Source: Rhodospirillales bacterium
Lineage (GTDB): Bacteria; Pseudomonadota; Alphaproteobacteria; Rhodospirillales; UBA2165
DNA length: 64,000 bases
Direction of reading: 5' to 3'
Assembly (NCBI GenBank): GCA_046582495.1
Contig: JAYGEG010000152.1
Coordinates: forward strand, 5,949 to 69,948
Positions 28,710 to 39,249 of this stretch are shown here, piece after piece. A program made the position numbers and the translations under genes. The notes below the pieces were generated by a model that saw only the letters and a program-made list of their open reading frames with translations, ran no database searches and was not told where the DNA came from. Numbering within the stretch: position 1 is the stretch's first letter; each line of letters begins with the position of its first letter.

Positions 28710-30950
28710 TTAAGCGTCCAGCGTTTTTTCGCGAGACGCAATGCGCTCGGAATCGGCAAGCGGAATATCTATCCAAAACGAACTGCCTTCGCCAGCGGTA
28801 CTCAAAAAATCAATACGACCGTTCATCTGCTCGATATAATGTTTTGTTACGCAAAGACCAACACCTGTTCCAGCAATATTTCCGGCCTCTTGGCCTAGCC
28901 GTTCAAACGGTGCAAATATGCCCGATTTCCGATCACGCGAGATTCCTTGACCATTATCCTTTACGGTAAACCGAATTAACCCGTCCGGCAGTTCCTGAGT
29001 AGAAATTTCAACTTTGCCGCCTTTTTTATTGTAATTGGCTGCGTTGACTAGGAGATGATTGAAAGCATCTCTAAATAATTTTTTTTGATCGGCGCGGAGA
29101 CGCGGTAGCTCATCCGGCGAAACATTTTGAATAACCTCGACTCCGCGTTCGTCGGCAAGCAACCTCAATTCGCTGATGCAATTTACAAAATCATCAGAAA
29201 AATCAAAATTTTGGATATCGAGTTCAACTGGCCCAAACTCAACTTGGGACAACTCCAAGATGCCATCAATCAGACCCAGCAAAGATTCGCCACTCATTCT
29301 AATTTGTTGCAGATAATTTGAATATTTGTGTTTCAAACCATCTTCGAAATCGCGCGCCACCATATTATTTAAACCCAATATTGCGCTAAGCGGTGTTCTC
29401 AATTCAAAGCCAATTGAAGATATAAATTTTGATTTTGCAGAATCTGCTTCATCGGCTCTATTTTTAGCTTCAGCTAGTTCCCATTCTGTATAACTTTCGG
29501 CCGATACATCTACATGAATTCCGATCAACCATCCATCATCAAGCTTACGGCGATAGGCTTTCGAGATTCTACCATTTGGTCGCTTCACGATCTGTGTGGT
29601 CGATAGCCCGCTTAAATTGGCCACATCTTTCCCCACCCAGGATGCTTTATCCTCCGTCATAGTGCCAAGCTTATTTAAATACTCCCAGCGAAATTCACAA
29701 AATTCCTGATAGGTAACACCAACTTCCAAAATACCCTGCCAATGAGGATACAGATTCTCTATCGCTTTATTCATAAACTGAAGAACACCGTCAGGATCCC
29801 AAAGAACGACACCGATATCAAATTGGTCCAAGGCATTGAAAAAGCGCATTTGAGTTGACCGAGTTTCACCTTGAGCAACCACTTCTGCGGTTTCATCTAT
29901 ACCGATCACCCTAAACCCAGAAAATTTACCACTATGATCTCTCAACGGCGCTCCAGATAGGCGGCGATAAAATTTTTCTCCATTGGGCAATATCCAACAG
30001 ATTTTCAAATCTCTGAACTCTTTTTTGCTTTCGAGTGCATTTTTGAAGGCTACTTTGTCCTCCTCAGATAATGCCAAATCCGTTTCTCAGGCCAATTTAC
30101 CTAATATTGTCACATTCAATTCGCGCACTATCTTCGAAACTGAGGGTGCGTAAATAATATTATGATTGGCGTCCGATTCCCAATATCGATCAGCGGCTAC
30201 ATCAGCAAAGCCCTTAAATCATTCCTCGCTGATTTTAAGAGCTATTTCGCGTTCTTCCCGAACTTCAATTTCCTTGGTCAGTTCGAGAGTTCGGTCCGCC
30301 ACCAATTCTTCAAGGTGGTCGTGACAAACCATTAATTCTGCGCCCTGCTCTTGAACTCGACCGACGAGCGTCATAAGCGCACCCATGAGGCCAGCCAAAC
30401 ACAGAATTAACGAACCAATAGTAACAAAAAATACAATTGAGGTAGCTGTCCACGCGCCCTTGCTGGTGTTGAAAACCGCGGCATCAACTGAAATCAATAA
30501 ATCGCCGGAGGAAACGCCATAGCCAATTGCGATGATGCTGAGCATACATATGCAGATGGCATAAATGGCTTTATCCACACCAAGGAAGATGGCGGCTAAA
30601 ATGCAAACAGCCATATATCCTGGAATGCCCATACTGAGCAAACCAAGATTAAATATCCCAAATGTCGAAATAACAAAGAGACAGGCAATTGTCGTATAGG
30701 ATCTGACCTGATGAGAAAATTTAGTGCGAAATACCGCTATAAGCCACCAAATCCCCATCGTCGCTAAAGTCGGCAGTTGAATCGCCTGCCACCCGACATC
30801 AATACTGCGATAGATCAATCCCCCAAGGGCGGATATCAATAAGAAAGAAACCATCAGCAAATAGGCACTACTGATCTTAACGCGAATCACATCTACACTA
30901 AGACTCATCGCCAATATTCTCGAAGGAAAATAAATTCTTCCTATCAGCAT
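28710..30950 (-). pseudogene. membrane-bound PAS sensor histidine kinase, single frame broken by two in-frame TGA codons and lacking the H-box His
   Basis: ORFs 30219..30950 and 28710..30077 share one frame with the 43 open codons between them (FKGFADVAADRYWESDANHNIIY..., a PAS start). The in-frame stops are at 30219..30221 and 30087..30089. The H-box reads SSIGFELRTPL (Phe codon at 29406..29408). N, G1, F and G2 boxes are intact. Confidence 0.6.
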
Positions 30951-31163
30951 TCTGTAAAAATTTGGTCATCTAAGATTTATCAACCAACCTGTATCAGCTC
31001 TTTCGCAGTCTTCTATTAGTATTTGTTAATTAGAGCGTCAAATATCAACAGTTTAGTGGCTAAAAGGGACATTTTTCGTCGAAAATGGCCTGTTTAATTC
31101 TCCGAAATTGTTAAAACACAGAAATCGAGTAAAATAGTATGCAAAAACACTGTATTTGATGTG

Positions 31164-32606
31164 CTAGCGATCTGGATTTAATATTTGGCCCAATTTTGGT
31201 CGGAATATCACAAATACTGCCAGCAGAAAGATGCCGCCAAAAATCGCTCCATTCACGGCTAACGTAATGATGCTGTCTGAAATGGCCATATCAGATGCTT
31301 GACCAAGTTCAAAAGAAACGCCCCAAACACCTGCCACACCGGCAGCCATACAAAGGCAGGCACGGAAAATTACGCCAGCGTGAAAAGTCGATGTTTTAGT
31401 ATAAAATTTATAGGCCACGCCAAGAGTGATAACAGACTGGCTTATCAGTGAGGCGTAGGCTGCTCCGATAATGCCAAATTTGGGAATAAAGATAAAATTG
31501 AGGATAACGTTGAGAATCGCCCCAGCCAACGTCGCGTACATATGAAAACGCTCATCATTCCAGGCAAGCAATGGATTTCCGTAGACGATGCGAAGATGCA
31601 TCATCACCATGCTCGCCATCAATATAAGCAGTGTCGGTCCGGCCTCCGAGAACGCCGAGCCATATAGAATGCGTAAGATCAGATCCGGAAATAACGCGAT
31701 AAAAATGACCAATGGCAAACTTAAAATGAGAACTGATATCGCAAATGACTTACTACGATCTTGGCGCAATTGCTGATCATCCCACCCTGCTGATAGGCTT
31801 GGGAAAAACGGTGCAGCAAGCAGGCCCACGGGAATCATCGTCAGGCCAACAATCTTAAAAGCGCTCACATAGAGGCCGGTTTGTTCATTCGTGGACATCA
31901 ACCCCAGCATCACGGCATCGGTGTTAAATATGATGGTGTGCATCACCCCCGAGACAGCCATCGGCAATGCAACGGACAATATGTGACGCCACTTATCCGG
32001 GGCAAAGGAAAGGCCTAGACCATTTACATTTCGGCGGGCATAGAGCCAAACAGAACCGACGGCGATTGCACCCGCAACGACCGGAATAATAGCCGCTGTC
32101 ATCAGATCATCCGGTGAACGCACAAATATAATTATTGAAATTAACGTCAAAAGCGCCGTCGCAATTTGCCGAAGGCCGTTGATGCCCATGCGCTCAAGAC
32201 CTTGAAAAACAAAATCGAGCACAAAGACCGACACAAAAATGCCGCCAGCTTGAATAAGAAGAACTGTTTTTTCCGATTGGTTTCGATCCAGCGAAAAGAC
32301 GATTAAGATAAAGGCAACATAGGCAGCCACAGACAACGTCAATCGAAGGCCAATGATCGGACTGGTGATCGATCCTGCTTCATTGGGGTCTCGGGCAATG
32401 GCCCGTGCGCCGGCCATATCCGTGCTCAAACTCGCGACAATGCCCAACAATGCCAGAAATGCAGTGCCAAAACCAAGCACGCCAAAGCCATCGGTCCCCA
32501 ATGCTCGTGCCAGCAACGCGGAGGAGAAAAGACCGGCGATAGAGGCAACGATCTGCGCCGCCGTCAATACTTTGATATTGCGTAAAATGGTTGAGGTAAA
32601 AGTCAT
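31164..32606 (-). CDS. polysaccharide/oligosaccharide flippase (Wzx-like, MOP superfamily)
   Basis: 480 aa with about 12-14 TM helices and a PST-family-like N-terminus (NIKVLTAAQIVASIAGLFSSALLARALG). Confidence 0.65.
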   Translation of the reverse strand: MTFTSTILRNIKVLTAAQIVASIAGLFSSALLARALGTDGFGVLGFGTAFLALLGIVASLSTDMAGARAIARDPNEAGSITSPIIGLRLTLSVAAYVAFILIVFSLDRNQSEKTVLLIQAGGIFVSVFVLDFVFQGLERMGINGLRQIATALLTLISIIIFVRSPDDLMTAAIIPVVAGAIAVGSVWLYARRNVNGLGLSFAPDKWRHILSVALPMAVSGVMHTIIFNTDAVMLGLMSTNEQTGLYVSAFKIVGLTMIPVGLLAAPFFPSLSAGWDDQQLRQDRSKSFAISVLILSLPLVIFIALFPDLILRILYGSAFSEAGPTLLILMASMVMMHLRIVYGNPLLAWNDERFHMYATLAGAILNVILNFIFIPKFGIIGAAYASLISQSVITLGVAYKFYTKTSTFHAGVIFRACLCMAAGVAGVWGVSFELGQASDMAISDSIITLAVNGAIFGGIFLLAVFVIFRPKLGQILNPDR

Positions 32607-32696
32607 TAAACCGCTCTAATTCCCCCATAAGCTCTAATAGTTTAACGACGTTATATCAGGAAGCTCAGGCCACAACCTTAAATTATTATGGATTAA

Positions 32697-33956
32697 TTAT
32701 TCCAGAACCAAAGACACCATGCCATCCGCGAGCTTGGGCTCGAACCAGGTGCTTTTTGGCGGCATAACCTCCTCGGCATCAGCAACCGACATAAGATCTG
32801 CCATGCTGGTCGGAAAAAGCGCGAAGGCAACGGCCCAATCGCCGCTATCGACACGCTTTTCAAGCTCGCTCATACCCCGAATACCACCGATAAAGTCAAT
32901 TCGCGGATCGATACGTGGATCACCAATCGCCAATATCGGTTCCAACAGGCGAGATGTCAAAATCGCGATATCCAACTGATCAACCGGCGAGCCACCGCTC
33001 GGCGCAGGCTGCTTTAACGAAAGCGCATACCATTTGCCGTCCAGATACATACCGAAGCTGTTTCGCGTCGATGGTTTTGCAGTTTCATTTTTTTCTGCCA
33101 CCTCAAACCCAACCCCAATGCTTTCAAGAAATTCAGCCGGTGTGAGCCCGTTTAAATCTTTGACGACGCGATTGTAATCAAGAATTTGAACTTCTGCCTC
33201 TGGAAAACTAACGATTAAAAAGGTGTTGTACGGTTCATCACCGCTGTGATTTGGGTTGGCCTCTTTGCGGGCTGCGGTCACTCTAGAGGCAGCAGCAGAA
33301 CGATGGTGGCCATCGGCGATATAAATTACACCGAGCCGATCAAAACCTTCTGTAAGGCTCGCAATATCCTCGGGCTCTGTCACCACCCAAAGCGTATGCT
33401 CAACATTTCCTTCGCCGATCACATGGTAGTCAGCGGCGCCCTTTACAGTGCGCTGAATGACTTCTTCGAGCAAAGAATCTGGCTTATGGGTCGTAAAAAC
33501 CGGACCCGTTTGTGCATTGACGGCATCGATTTGACGCACCCGATCAGTTTCTTTATCGGGGCGGGTAAACTCATGGCGGCGTATGAGATTGGCTTCGTAA
33601 GCCTCAACCGAGCCAGCACCGACAATGCCGGTCTGAATATGGTTCCCCATTTGCACACGATAGATATAGTAATAGTCGTCCGCATCCCGCCGCAAAATAC
33701 CTTCACTTACCATACGATTTATATTTTCCGTGGCTTTGGCATAAACCTCGTCAGAATAGACATCCGTTCCTTCCGGCAAATCTATCTCAGGCTTGGAGAT
33801 ATGGAGAAAACTCCACGGCTTTTCTTGTGCCAATGCACGGGCTTCTTCGGTGTTCACCACATCATAGGGCGGCGCCACAACTTCTTGCGCCAAATCTGCA
33901 ACGGGGCGGAGGGCGGCAAATGGATAGACCAGATGCTTTTTCTGAAGATCACTCAA
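32697..33956 (-). CDS. DUF1015 family protein
   Basis: 419 aa. The characteristic start (VYPFAALRP...VVAPPYDVV) and HEFTRPDKE / IADGHHR blocks. Confidence 0.75.
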   Translation of the reverse strand: MSDLQKKHLVYPFAALRPVADLAQEVVAPPYDVVNTEEARALAQEKPWSFLHISKPEIDLPEGTDVYSDEVYAKATENINRMVSEGILRRDADDYYYIYRVQMGNHIQTGIVGAGSVEAYEANLIRRHEFTRPDKETDRVRQIDAVNAQTGPVFTTHKPDSLLEEVIQRTVKGAADYHVIGEGNVEHTLWVVTEPEDIASLTEGFDRLGVIYIADGHHRSAAASRVTAARKEANPNHSGDEPYNTFLIVSFPEAEVQILDYNRVVKDLNGLTPAEFLESIGVGFEVAEKNETAKPSTRNSFGMYLDGKWYALSLKQPAPSGGSPVDQLDIAILTSRLLEPILAIGDPRIDPRIDFIGGIRGMSELEKRVDSGDWAVAFALFPTSMADLMSVADAEEVMPPKSTWFEPKLADGMVSLVLE

Positions 33957-34047
33957 CGTATTTTCCTAATTTGAACAGCCAGAGGGGAAGGCATATGTAG
34001 CAAGCTTGCCGCTTAAGTTAAACCCGGAACTTTGCCATAAGTCACAT

Positions 34048-34080
34048 AAAAAAAGCGGCACCTCTAGGAACCGCTTTTTT
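34048..34080 (-). terminator. intrinsic terminator after degP (A-tract / hairpin / T-tract, potentially bidirectional)
   Basis: aaaaaaa-gcggcacctctaggaaccgc-tttttt, 20 nt past the degP stop. Confidence 0.55.
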
Positions 34081-34099
34081 AAATCAATTTGTATCGATA

Positions 34100-35581
34100 C
34101 TATTTTTTGTTAAGTCGCAATGCAACGAACCTAAGTCCTGCCTGACCTTCAATGAGCAGCAAAACGGATTTCCGCCCGGATGACTTGGCTTCGTCGATCC
34201 ATTTTTTCACTTCCTTTGGCGATTTAACTTCATTTTGGCTCACCTCGACGATGACATCACCAGCTTTGATGCCTTTTTCAGCCGCAGCGCCTTCTTTTTC
34301 GACACCGACAACGACGACACCTTTGGCCTGCTTTTTCAAATTGTAGCGCTTGCGTATTCCTGCCGTAACCCGGCCAACACTGATACCCAAAGAGGCAATT
34401 TTAAGCTCTTCCTCTTTGCCGCCCTCTTCGCCCAAATTTTTTCGACTCACGTTAGCAACTTGCTCTTCATCCAGTTCACCAACACTCACTTGGGTGGTTT
34501 CTTTTTTACCGTCGCGCCAAACCTCTACGTCAACTTTCTTATCAATATCGGTTTCGGCGACAATTTTCGGCAAATTGCGCATTTCTTTAACCGGTTGATT
34601 GTTGAATTTTAGAATAACGTCACCCGCCTTTATATTGCCTTTAGCGGCAGGGCTATTCTCAGTCACACTGGCGACCAAAGCGCCCTCGGCCTTTTTAAGA
34701 CCCAAGCTCTCGGCAATTTCCTCGGTCACTATTTGAATGCGGACACCCAACCAACCACGACGGGTTTTACCGTATTTGACCAATTGATTAATGATGTTAT
34801 TGGCTATTCTCGACGGAATAGAAAAGCCGATACCGATACTGCCGCCGGAGGGCGAAATAATTGCTGTATTAATGCCGATGACTTCGCCGTCCATATTAAA
34901 CAAAGGTCCACCGGAATTGCCTTTGTTAATCGAAGCGTCGGTCTGAATGAAATCATCATATGGGCCTGAGTTAATGTTCCGGCCGCGCGCCGAAACAATA
35001 CCGGCCGTCACGGAACCGCCCTTACAAAATGGATTACCGATTGCAACAACCCAATCGCCGACACGGATTTTATCCGAATCTCCTAATTTAACCGACGGCA
35101 GATCATTTTTCGGTTTTATTCGAAGAACTGCAATATCAGTTTTAGGATCGCGGCCGATAACTTCGGCTTTCAAGGTTTCGTTGTTTTGCAGAATTACCGT
35201 AATTTCATCTGCATCTTGGATCACATGATTGTTGGTAATCACGATGCCTTTTTTATCGATAATAAAGCCCGAGCCGATCGACGTGGATTTGCGCTGCTGT
35301 TGAGGTCTATTACGATCCAAAAAATCGCGGAAATCTTCGAATGGTGATCCTGGAGGAAATTGAGGAAGTTCCGGCGCTTTACTACTGCCTCGTTTCGAGA
35401 TGGCTGTGGTCGAAATATTAACCACTGCCGGCAATAATTTTGCGGCCAGATCAGCAAAACTTTCAGGTGCGGAACGTGCACTTGCCTGAGAGGTGACCAA
35501 AACAATAGTCAGTAAAGTTGAAACGACTAATCCATAAAAATGTTTACTGAAATAACGCGCCACTCTCAATTCTCCGATCAA
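34100..35581 (-). CDS. degP: periplasmic serine endoprotease DegP/DegQ (HtrA family, two PDZ domains)
   Basis: Catalytic blocks (TNNHVI, DIAVL, GNSGGPLFN) plus two PDZ domains and a signal peptide. The true start may be the GTG at 35563 (GGAGA upstream). Confidence 0.9.
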   Translation of the reverse strand: MIGELRVARYFSKHFYGLVVSTLLTIVLVTSQASARSAPESFADLAAKLLPAVVNISTTAISKRGSSKAPELPQFPPGSPFEDFRDFLDRNRPQQQRKSTSIGSGFIIDKKGIVITNNHVIQDADEITVILQNNETLKAEVIGRDPKTDIAVLRIKPKNDLPSVKLGDSDKIRVGDWVVAIGNPFCKGGSVTAGIVSARGRNINSGPYDDFIQTDASINKGNSGGPLFNMDGEVIGINTAIISPSGGSIGIGFSIPSRIANNIINQLVKYGKTRRGWLGVRIQIVTEEIAESLGLKKAEGALVASVTENSPAAKGNIKAGDVILKFNNQPVKEMRNLPKIVAETDIDKKVDVEVWRDGKKETTQVSVGELDEEQVANVSRKNLGEEGGKEEELKIASLGISVGRVTAGIRKRYNLKKQAKGVVVVGVEKEGAAAEKGIKAGDVIVEVSQNEVKSPKEVKKWIDEAKSSGRKSVLLLIEGQAGLRFVALRLNKK

Positions 35582-35640
35582 ATAACCAATTACTTTTTCG
35601 AGGTAATTATCTTGCTACCTTTATATAGATCAAATTAGGG

Positions 35641-35671
35641 TAAAAACAGGGCGAATTAACAATCACGCCCT
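35641..35671 (-). terminator. putative intrinsic terminator after the DUF2065 gene
   Basis: The minus strand reads agggcg-tgattgttaatt-cgccct followed by gttttta, 25 nt past the stop at 35696. Confidence 0.45.
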
Positions 35672-35695
35672 ATAAATTCTGCGTGATGCGCTCTT

Positions 35696-35881
35696 CTAGC
35701 CGCGAATGAGCCAGACCAAAGCAACGCCGGCGACAGCCGCCGTTAATCCTGCCCGGCGCAAAGCACTATCCGGTTGATCCAATATTTGGGCCATGAATTT
35801 TTTCATTGCTTCCGGAAAGAGCGCGTAAAGCGCCCCTTCCAGAGCAATTGCGAGAGCAAGAGCCGTGAGAAGATCGATCAC
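35696..35881 (-). CDS. DUF2065 small membrane protein
   Basis: 61 aa with two TM helices. The position directly after hflC, before degP, is a conserved proteobacterial arrangement. Confidence 0.6.
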   Translation of the reverse strand: MIDLLTALALAIALEGALYALFPEAMKKFMAQILDQPDSALRRAGLTAAVAGVALVWLIRG

Positions 35882-35902
35882 CTGATCTTAAACCTCACCG
35901 CT

Positions 35903-36781
35903 CTAATTTTCGGATTTCTTACCGCTGATACTACCAAAAAACTTGAAAAAATCGGAATCCGGCGTCAACACCATGGTTGTACCTTCGCCGAAGGCTTCTT
36001 CATAGGCTTCCATTGAGCGATAAAACTCAAAGAATTCAATATCCTTGCCAAAGGCATCGTTGAGAATAGTGGTTTTAGCACCTTCGCCTTCACCCATCAA
36101 AATCTGCGATATCATTTTTGCGTCGGCGAGAAGGATGGTTCGATCACGATCAGCTTCGGCCTGGGTTTTTGCCTTCAACTCGGCACCCTGCGCCCGAAGC
36201 TTGGCAGCTTCGGCAATACGTTGTGAGCGCATTCGGTTGTACACCGATTGACTGGTCGTTTCCGGTAAATCAGTCCGGCCAATTCGCACATCAATAACTT
36301 CGATGCCGAATTGCGGCGCTTGAAGTTTTAGCTGTTTGGTAATGCGTTGCATCACTTCATCGCGTTTGTTCGACAACATATCAGCCAGCAAAACCTTACC
36401 AACTTCAGAGCGAACGGCTGCATTTAGCCGGCCCCCAAAGATTTGCCGGAAATTAGTATCCGTTTGGGCCGTTTTCAGAAACTCCAAAGGATCAACAATT
36501 TTATAGCGCACAAAGGAATCGACGTTGATCCGTTTCTGGTCATTCAGGATAATTTCTTGAGCCGGAGGATCGAGATCAAGAATACGCCGATCATAGAACG
36601 TGACGTTTTGAATGAATGGAAGTTTGAATTTCAAGCCGGGCTCAATTTCGACACGAATCGGATTACCAAATTGCAGTACCAGGGCCGTTTGAGTTTGATG
36701 CACGGTGAACAGCGAAGATGAGGCAACGATGCCAAGAACGACAACGACAGCACCAACAATAGCGAGAATAACTCTATTCAT
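35903..36781 (-). CDS. hflC: protease modulator HflC
   Basis: 292 aa SPFH/band-7 protein. Its start overlaps the hflK stop (TAATG). Confidence 0.9.
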   Translation of the reverse strand: MNRVILAIVGAVVVVLGIVASSSLFTVHQTQTALVLQFGNPIRVEIEPGLKFKLPFIQNVTFYDRRILDLDPPAQEIILNDQKRINVDSFVRYKIVDPLEFLKTAQTDTNFRQIFGGRLNAAVRSEVGKVLLADMLSNKRDEVMQRITKQLKLQAPQFGIEVIDVRIGRTDLPETTSQSVYNRMRSQRIAEAAKLRAQGAELKAKTQAEADRDRTILLADAKMISQILMGEGEGAKTTILNDAFGKDIEFFEFYRSMEAYEEAFGEGTTMVLTPDSDFFKFFGSISGKKSEN

Positions 36782-37893
36782 TAGTTTGCTCCTTCGCTAC
36801 GTTTTTTTATTTCCGGGAGTGGGAGATACGGTATTACGCCAGTACCGCCTTGCCCTTTGTCGATGATCACTTTTTCAGAATCTTTCAAAACTTGTTGCAT
36901 CCGTTCTAAATAGAGGCGCGTCCGGGTAACTTCCTTGCCGCCTTTATAGGCTTCATAGACAGACAGGAACCGTTTAGCTTCACCTTCTGCTTCCCGGGTC
37001 ATCTTTTCTTTATAAGCTGTTGCTTCCTGGATCATCCGTGCAGCTTCACCTTTTGCCTTCGGGATAATATCGTTGGCGTAGGCTTGCGCTTCGTTTTGCT
37101 GACGTTCGCGATCCTGCTTGGCCCGCTGGACGTCGTTGAAAGCATCAATCACCTGTTTAGGCGGCTCCACTTTTTGCAGCTTCACAGAATCGATAAACAC
37201 GCCAGCGCCATAGCTGTCGAGAATTTTCTGGAGAACTTCATGGGTTTTGCTTTCAACTTGTTGGCGTTGCTTAGCCAACGCATCTTCAAGCGTGTTTTGC
37301 CCAACGATCTCGCGAATGGCACTTTCAGACGCCAATTTCACTGTCGCTTCCGGGTTGCGAATATTAAACAAGAAGTCCGCGGCATTTTTGATGCGCCATT
37401 GAACTTGGTAGTCGATATCAATGATGTTTTGATCACCGGTCAGCATCAGGCTCTCTTCCGGCACATCGCGTACACTGGAATTATGTGCGCCACTTTGACC
37501 AATTGTGCGAAAACCAACGCTGGTGATGTTCGTATTGGTGACATCTGGCGTAAAGACTTCACCGATTGGTCCTGGAAACCAGTAGTTCAGGCCCGGCGAC
37601 GTCATTTTGACGAATTTACCGAACAACATCTCCACACCTTGCTCACTGGGTTGCACGCGGTAAAAACCGGTGCCGAGCCAAATAACAACGGCTGCCAGCA
37701 CGAGCAGAACAATCCGGCGTGCACCGCCACCGCCGCTTGGAATAAATTTTTTAAATTTATCCTGACTGCGCCGTAGTATTTCTTCAATGCCTGGTGGTTG
37801 CGGACCAGAGCCGTCACCGCCGCCCCAAGGTCCTTGTCCACCACCGCCGCCTGATCCGCCCCAAGGGCCTCCGCGTTGCGTTTCCCAACCCAT
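36781..37893 (-). CDS. hflK: protease modulator HflK
   Basis: 370 aa. Gly-rich N-terminus, one TM helix, an SPFH domain and a coiled-coil tail. Confidence 0.9.
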   Translation of the reverse strand: MGWETQRGGPWGGSGGGGGQGPWGGGDGSGPQPPGIEEILRRSQDKFKKFIPSGGGGARRIVLLVLAAVVIWLGTGFYRVQPSEQGVEMLFGKFVKMTSPGLNYWFPGPIGEVFTPDVTNTNITSVGFRTIGQSGAHNSSVRDVPEESLMLTGDQNIIDIDYQVQWRIKNAADFLFNIRNPEATVKLASESAIREIVGQNTLEDALAKQRQQVESKTHEVLQKILDSYGAGVFIDSVKLQKVEPPKQVIDAFNDVQRAKQDRERQQNEAQAYANDIIPKAKGEAARMIQEATAYKEKMTREAEGEAKRFLSVYEAYKGGKEVTRTRLYLERMQQVLKDSEKVIIDKGQGGTGVIPYLPLPEIKKRSEGAN

Positions 37894-38082
37894 AGTTTTA
37901 TTCCTTATCTATTTAAATACTAGGTTCTCAAAAACCTGATAATATCAGGCTTTCGCTGTTTGCAAATTTGCTTAATGCCTTATATGACAGCTTTACCACC
38001 CTTGCAACGGCGACTCACGCTTGATTTACCGTTTTGGGCATTTATTTAGTCACATTGCAGTTAACATATTGGAGACTTAGAT

Positions 38083-39180
38083 ATGGCGGAGATCACTGCT
38101 GAGCAAGTCCTTGAGGCACTAAAACAAATTAAAGACCCGGAAAAAGATCAAAATATTGTCGATTTAGGCATGGTATCTGGTCTTCAATTGAAAGACGGGC
38201 ATGTCGCTTTTGGTATTGAGGTCGACCCTGAACGTGGACCTCAGCTCGAACCATTACGCAAAGCCGCAGAGGATATTGTGCATGCCTTGCCGGGCGTCTT
38301 GACCGTCACGGCTGTTTTGACCGCAGAGCGGGAAGCTGCGCCTGAGCCTCAAGCGCCTGCCGGTCCTCCTCCCGGTCCTCCACCCGGTGGACCCGACCAG
38401 CAACAAGCTACGTTTCAAAAAATGGATTTGCTCGGTATCGATGCTGTTGTCGCTGTGGCGTCAGGCAAGGGCGGCGTCGGCAAATCAACCACGGCAGTTA
38501 ATTTAGCGCTGGCGATGGCGGCTGACGGAAAACGCGTCGGCCTTCTGGACGCTGATATCTATGGCCCGTCTATTCCACGCATGCTCGGCATCAAGGAGAA
38601 ACCAACTCAAACCGCCAGCGGTATGATTGCGCCGCTCGAAAATTACGGCATCAAATGTATGTCGATTGGATTCTTAGTCGAAGAAGAGACCGCGATGATC
38701 TGGCGGGGTCCGATGGCAACCGGTGCGCTGGAGCAACTCTTCAAAGATGTTGCCTGGGGCGAGCTTGATTGCCTTGTGATCGATCTGCCGCCGGGAACCG
38801 GCGACATTCATCTGACAATGGCACAACGGGTGCCGCTCTCAGGCGCAATAATTGTGTCGACGCCGCAGGATATTGCCCTTGCCGATGCCCGCAAAGGCCT
38901 CAGCATGTTTGCCAAAGTCGAAATTCCGGTGCTGGGACTGATCGAAAATATGAGCTATTTCCATTGCCCGCACTGCGGCGAACGTACTGACATCTTCAGC
39001 CATGGCGGCGCCAAAACAGAGGCCGATAAACTGGGCATGGATTTCCTTGGTGAAATTCCGCTCGATATCGTTATTCGTGAAACCTCAGATAGTGGGCACC
39101 CGATTGTCGCCTCTGATCCAGAAAGCGAGCACACCAAAAAATACCTCGAAATCGCCGGGAAAATCTGGGCGAAGATCTAA
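38083..39180 (+). CDS. apbC: Fe-S cluster carrier ATPase Mrp/ApbC (NBP35 family) with N-terminal DUF59 domain
   Basis: 365 aa. Deviant Walker A (SGKGGVGKST) and CxxC (FHCPHCGE). A Pro/Gly-rich linker joins the domains. Confidence 0.9.
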   Translation: MAEITAEQVLEALKQIKDPEKDQNIVDLGMVSGLQLKDGHVAFGIEVDPERGPQLEPLRKAAEDIVHALPGVLTVTAVLTAEREAAPEPQAPAGPPPGPPPGGPDQQQATFQKMDLLGIDAVVAVASGKGGVGKSTTAVNLALAMAADGKRVGLLDADIYGPSIPRMLGIKEKPTQTASGMIAPLENYGIKCMSIGFLVEEETAMIWRGPMATGALEQLFKDVAWGELDCLVIDLPPGTGDIHLTMAQRVPLSGAIIVSTPQDIALADARKGLSMFAKVEIPVLGLIENMSYFHCPHCGERTDIFSHGGAKTEADKLGMDFLGEIPLDIVIRETSDSGHPIVASDPESEHTKKYLEIAGKIWAKI

Positions 39181-39182
39181 TT

Positions 39183-39237
39183 CCTTAATTAAGAAAAATG
39201 TGAATTTGTATTAATTAATCGACTGTCGATTAATTAA
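39183..39237. repeat. AT-rich TTAATTAA-palindrome element (copy of the 26.5-kb unit)
   Basis: ccttaattaag-aaaaatgtgaatttgta-ttaattaatcgac-t-gtcgattaattaa. The hairpin arms differ from the 26.5-kb copy by paired (compensatory) changes. Confidence 0.75.
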
Positions 39238-39249
39238 TTATATGATTTC

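Noticed and set aside
30087-30221. Selenocysteine or code-4 (UGA=Trp) decoding of the two in-frame TGA codons in the kinase.
   Set aside because: TGA is used as an ordinary stop by neighbouring genes, for example kynA at 1097..1099. I see no convincing SECIS-like hairpin downstream of either codon. The loss of the H-box His points to decay.
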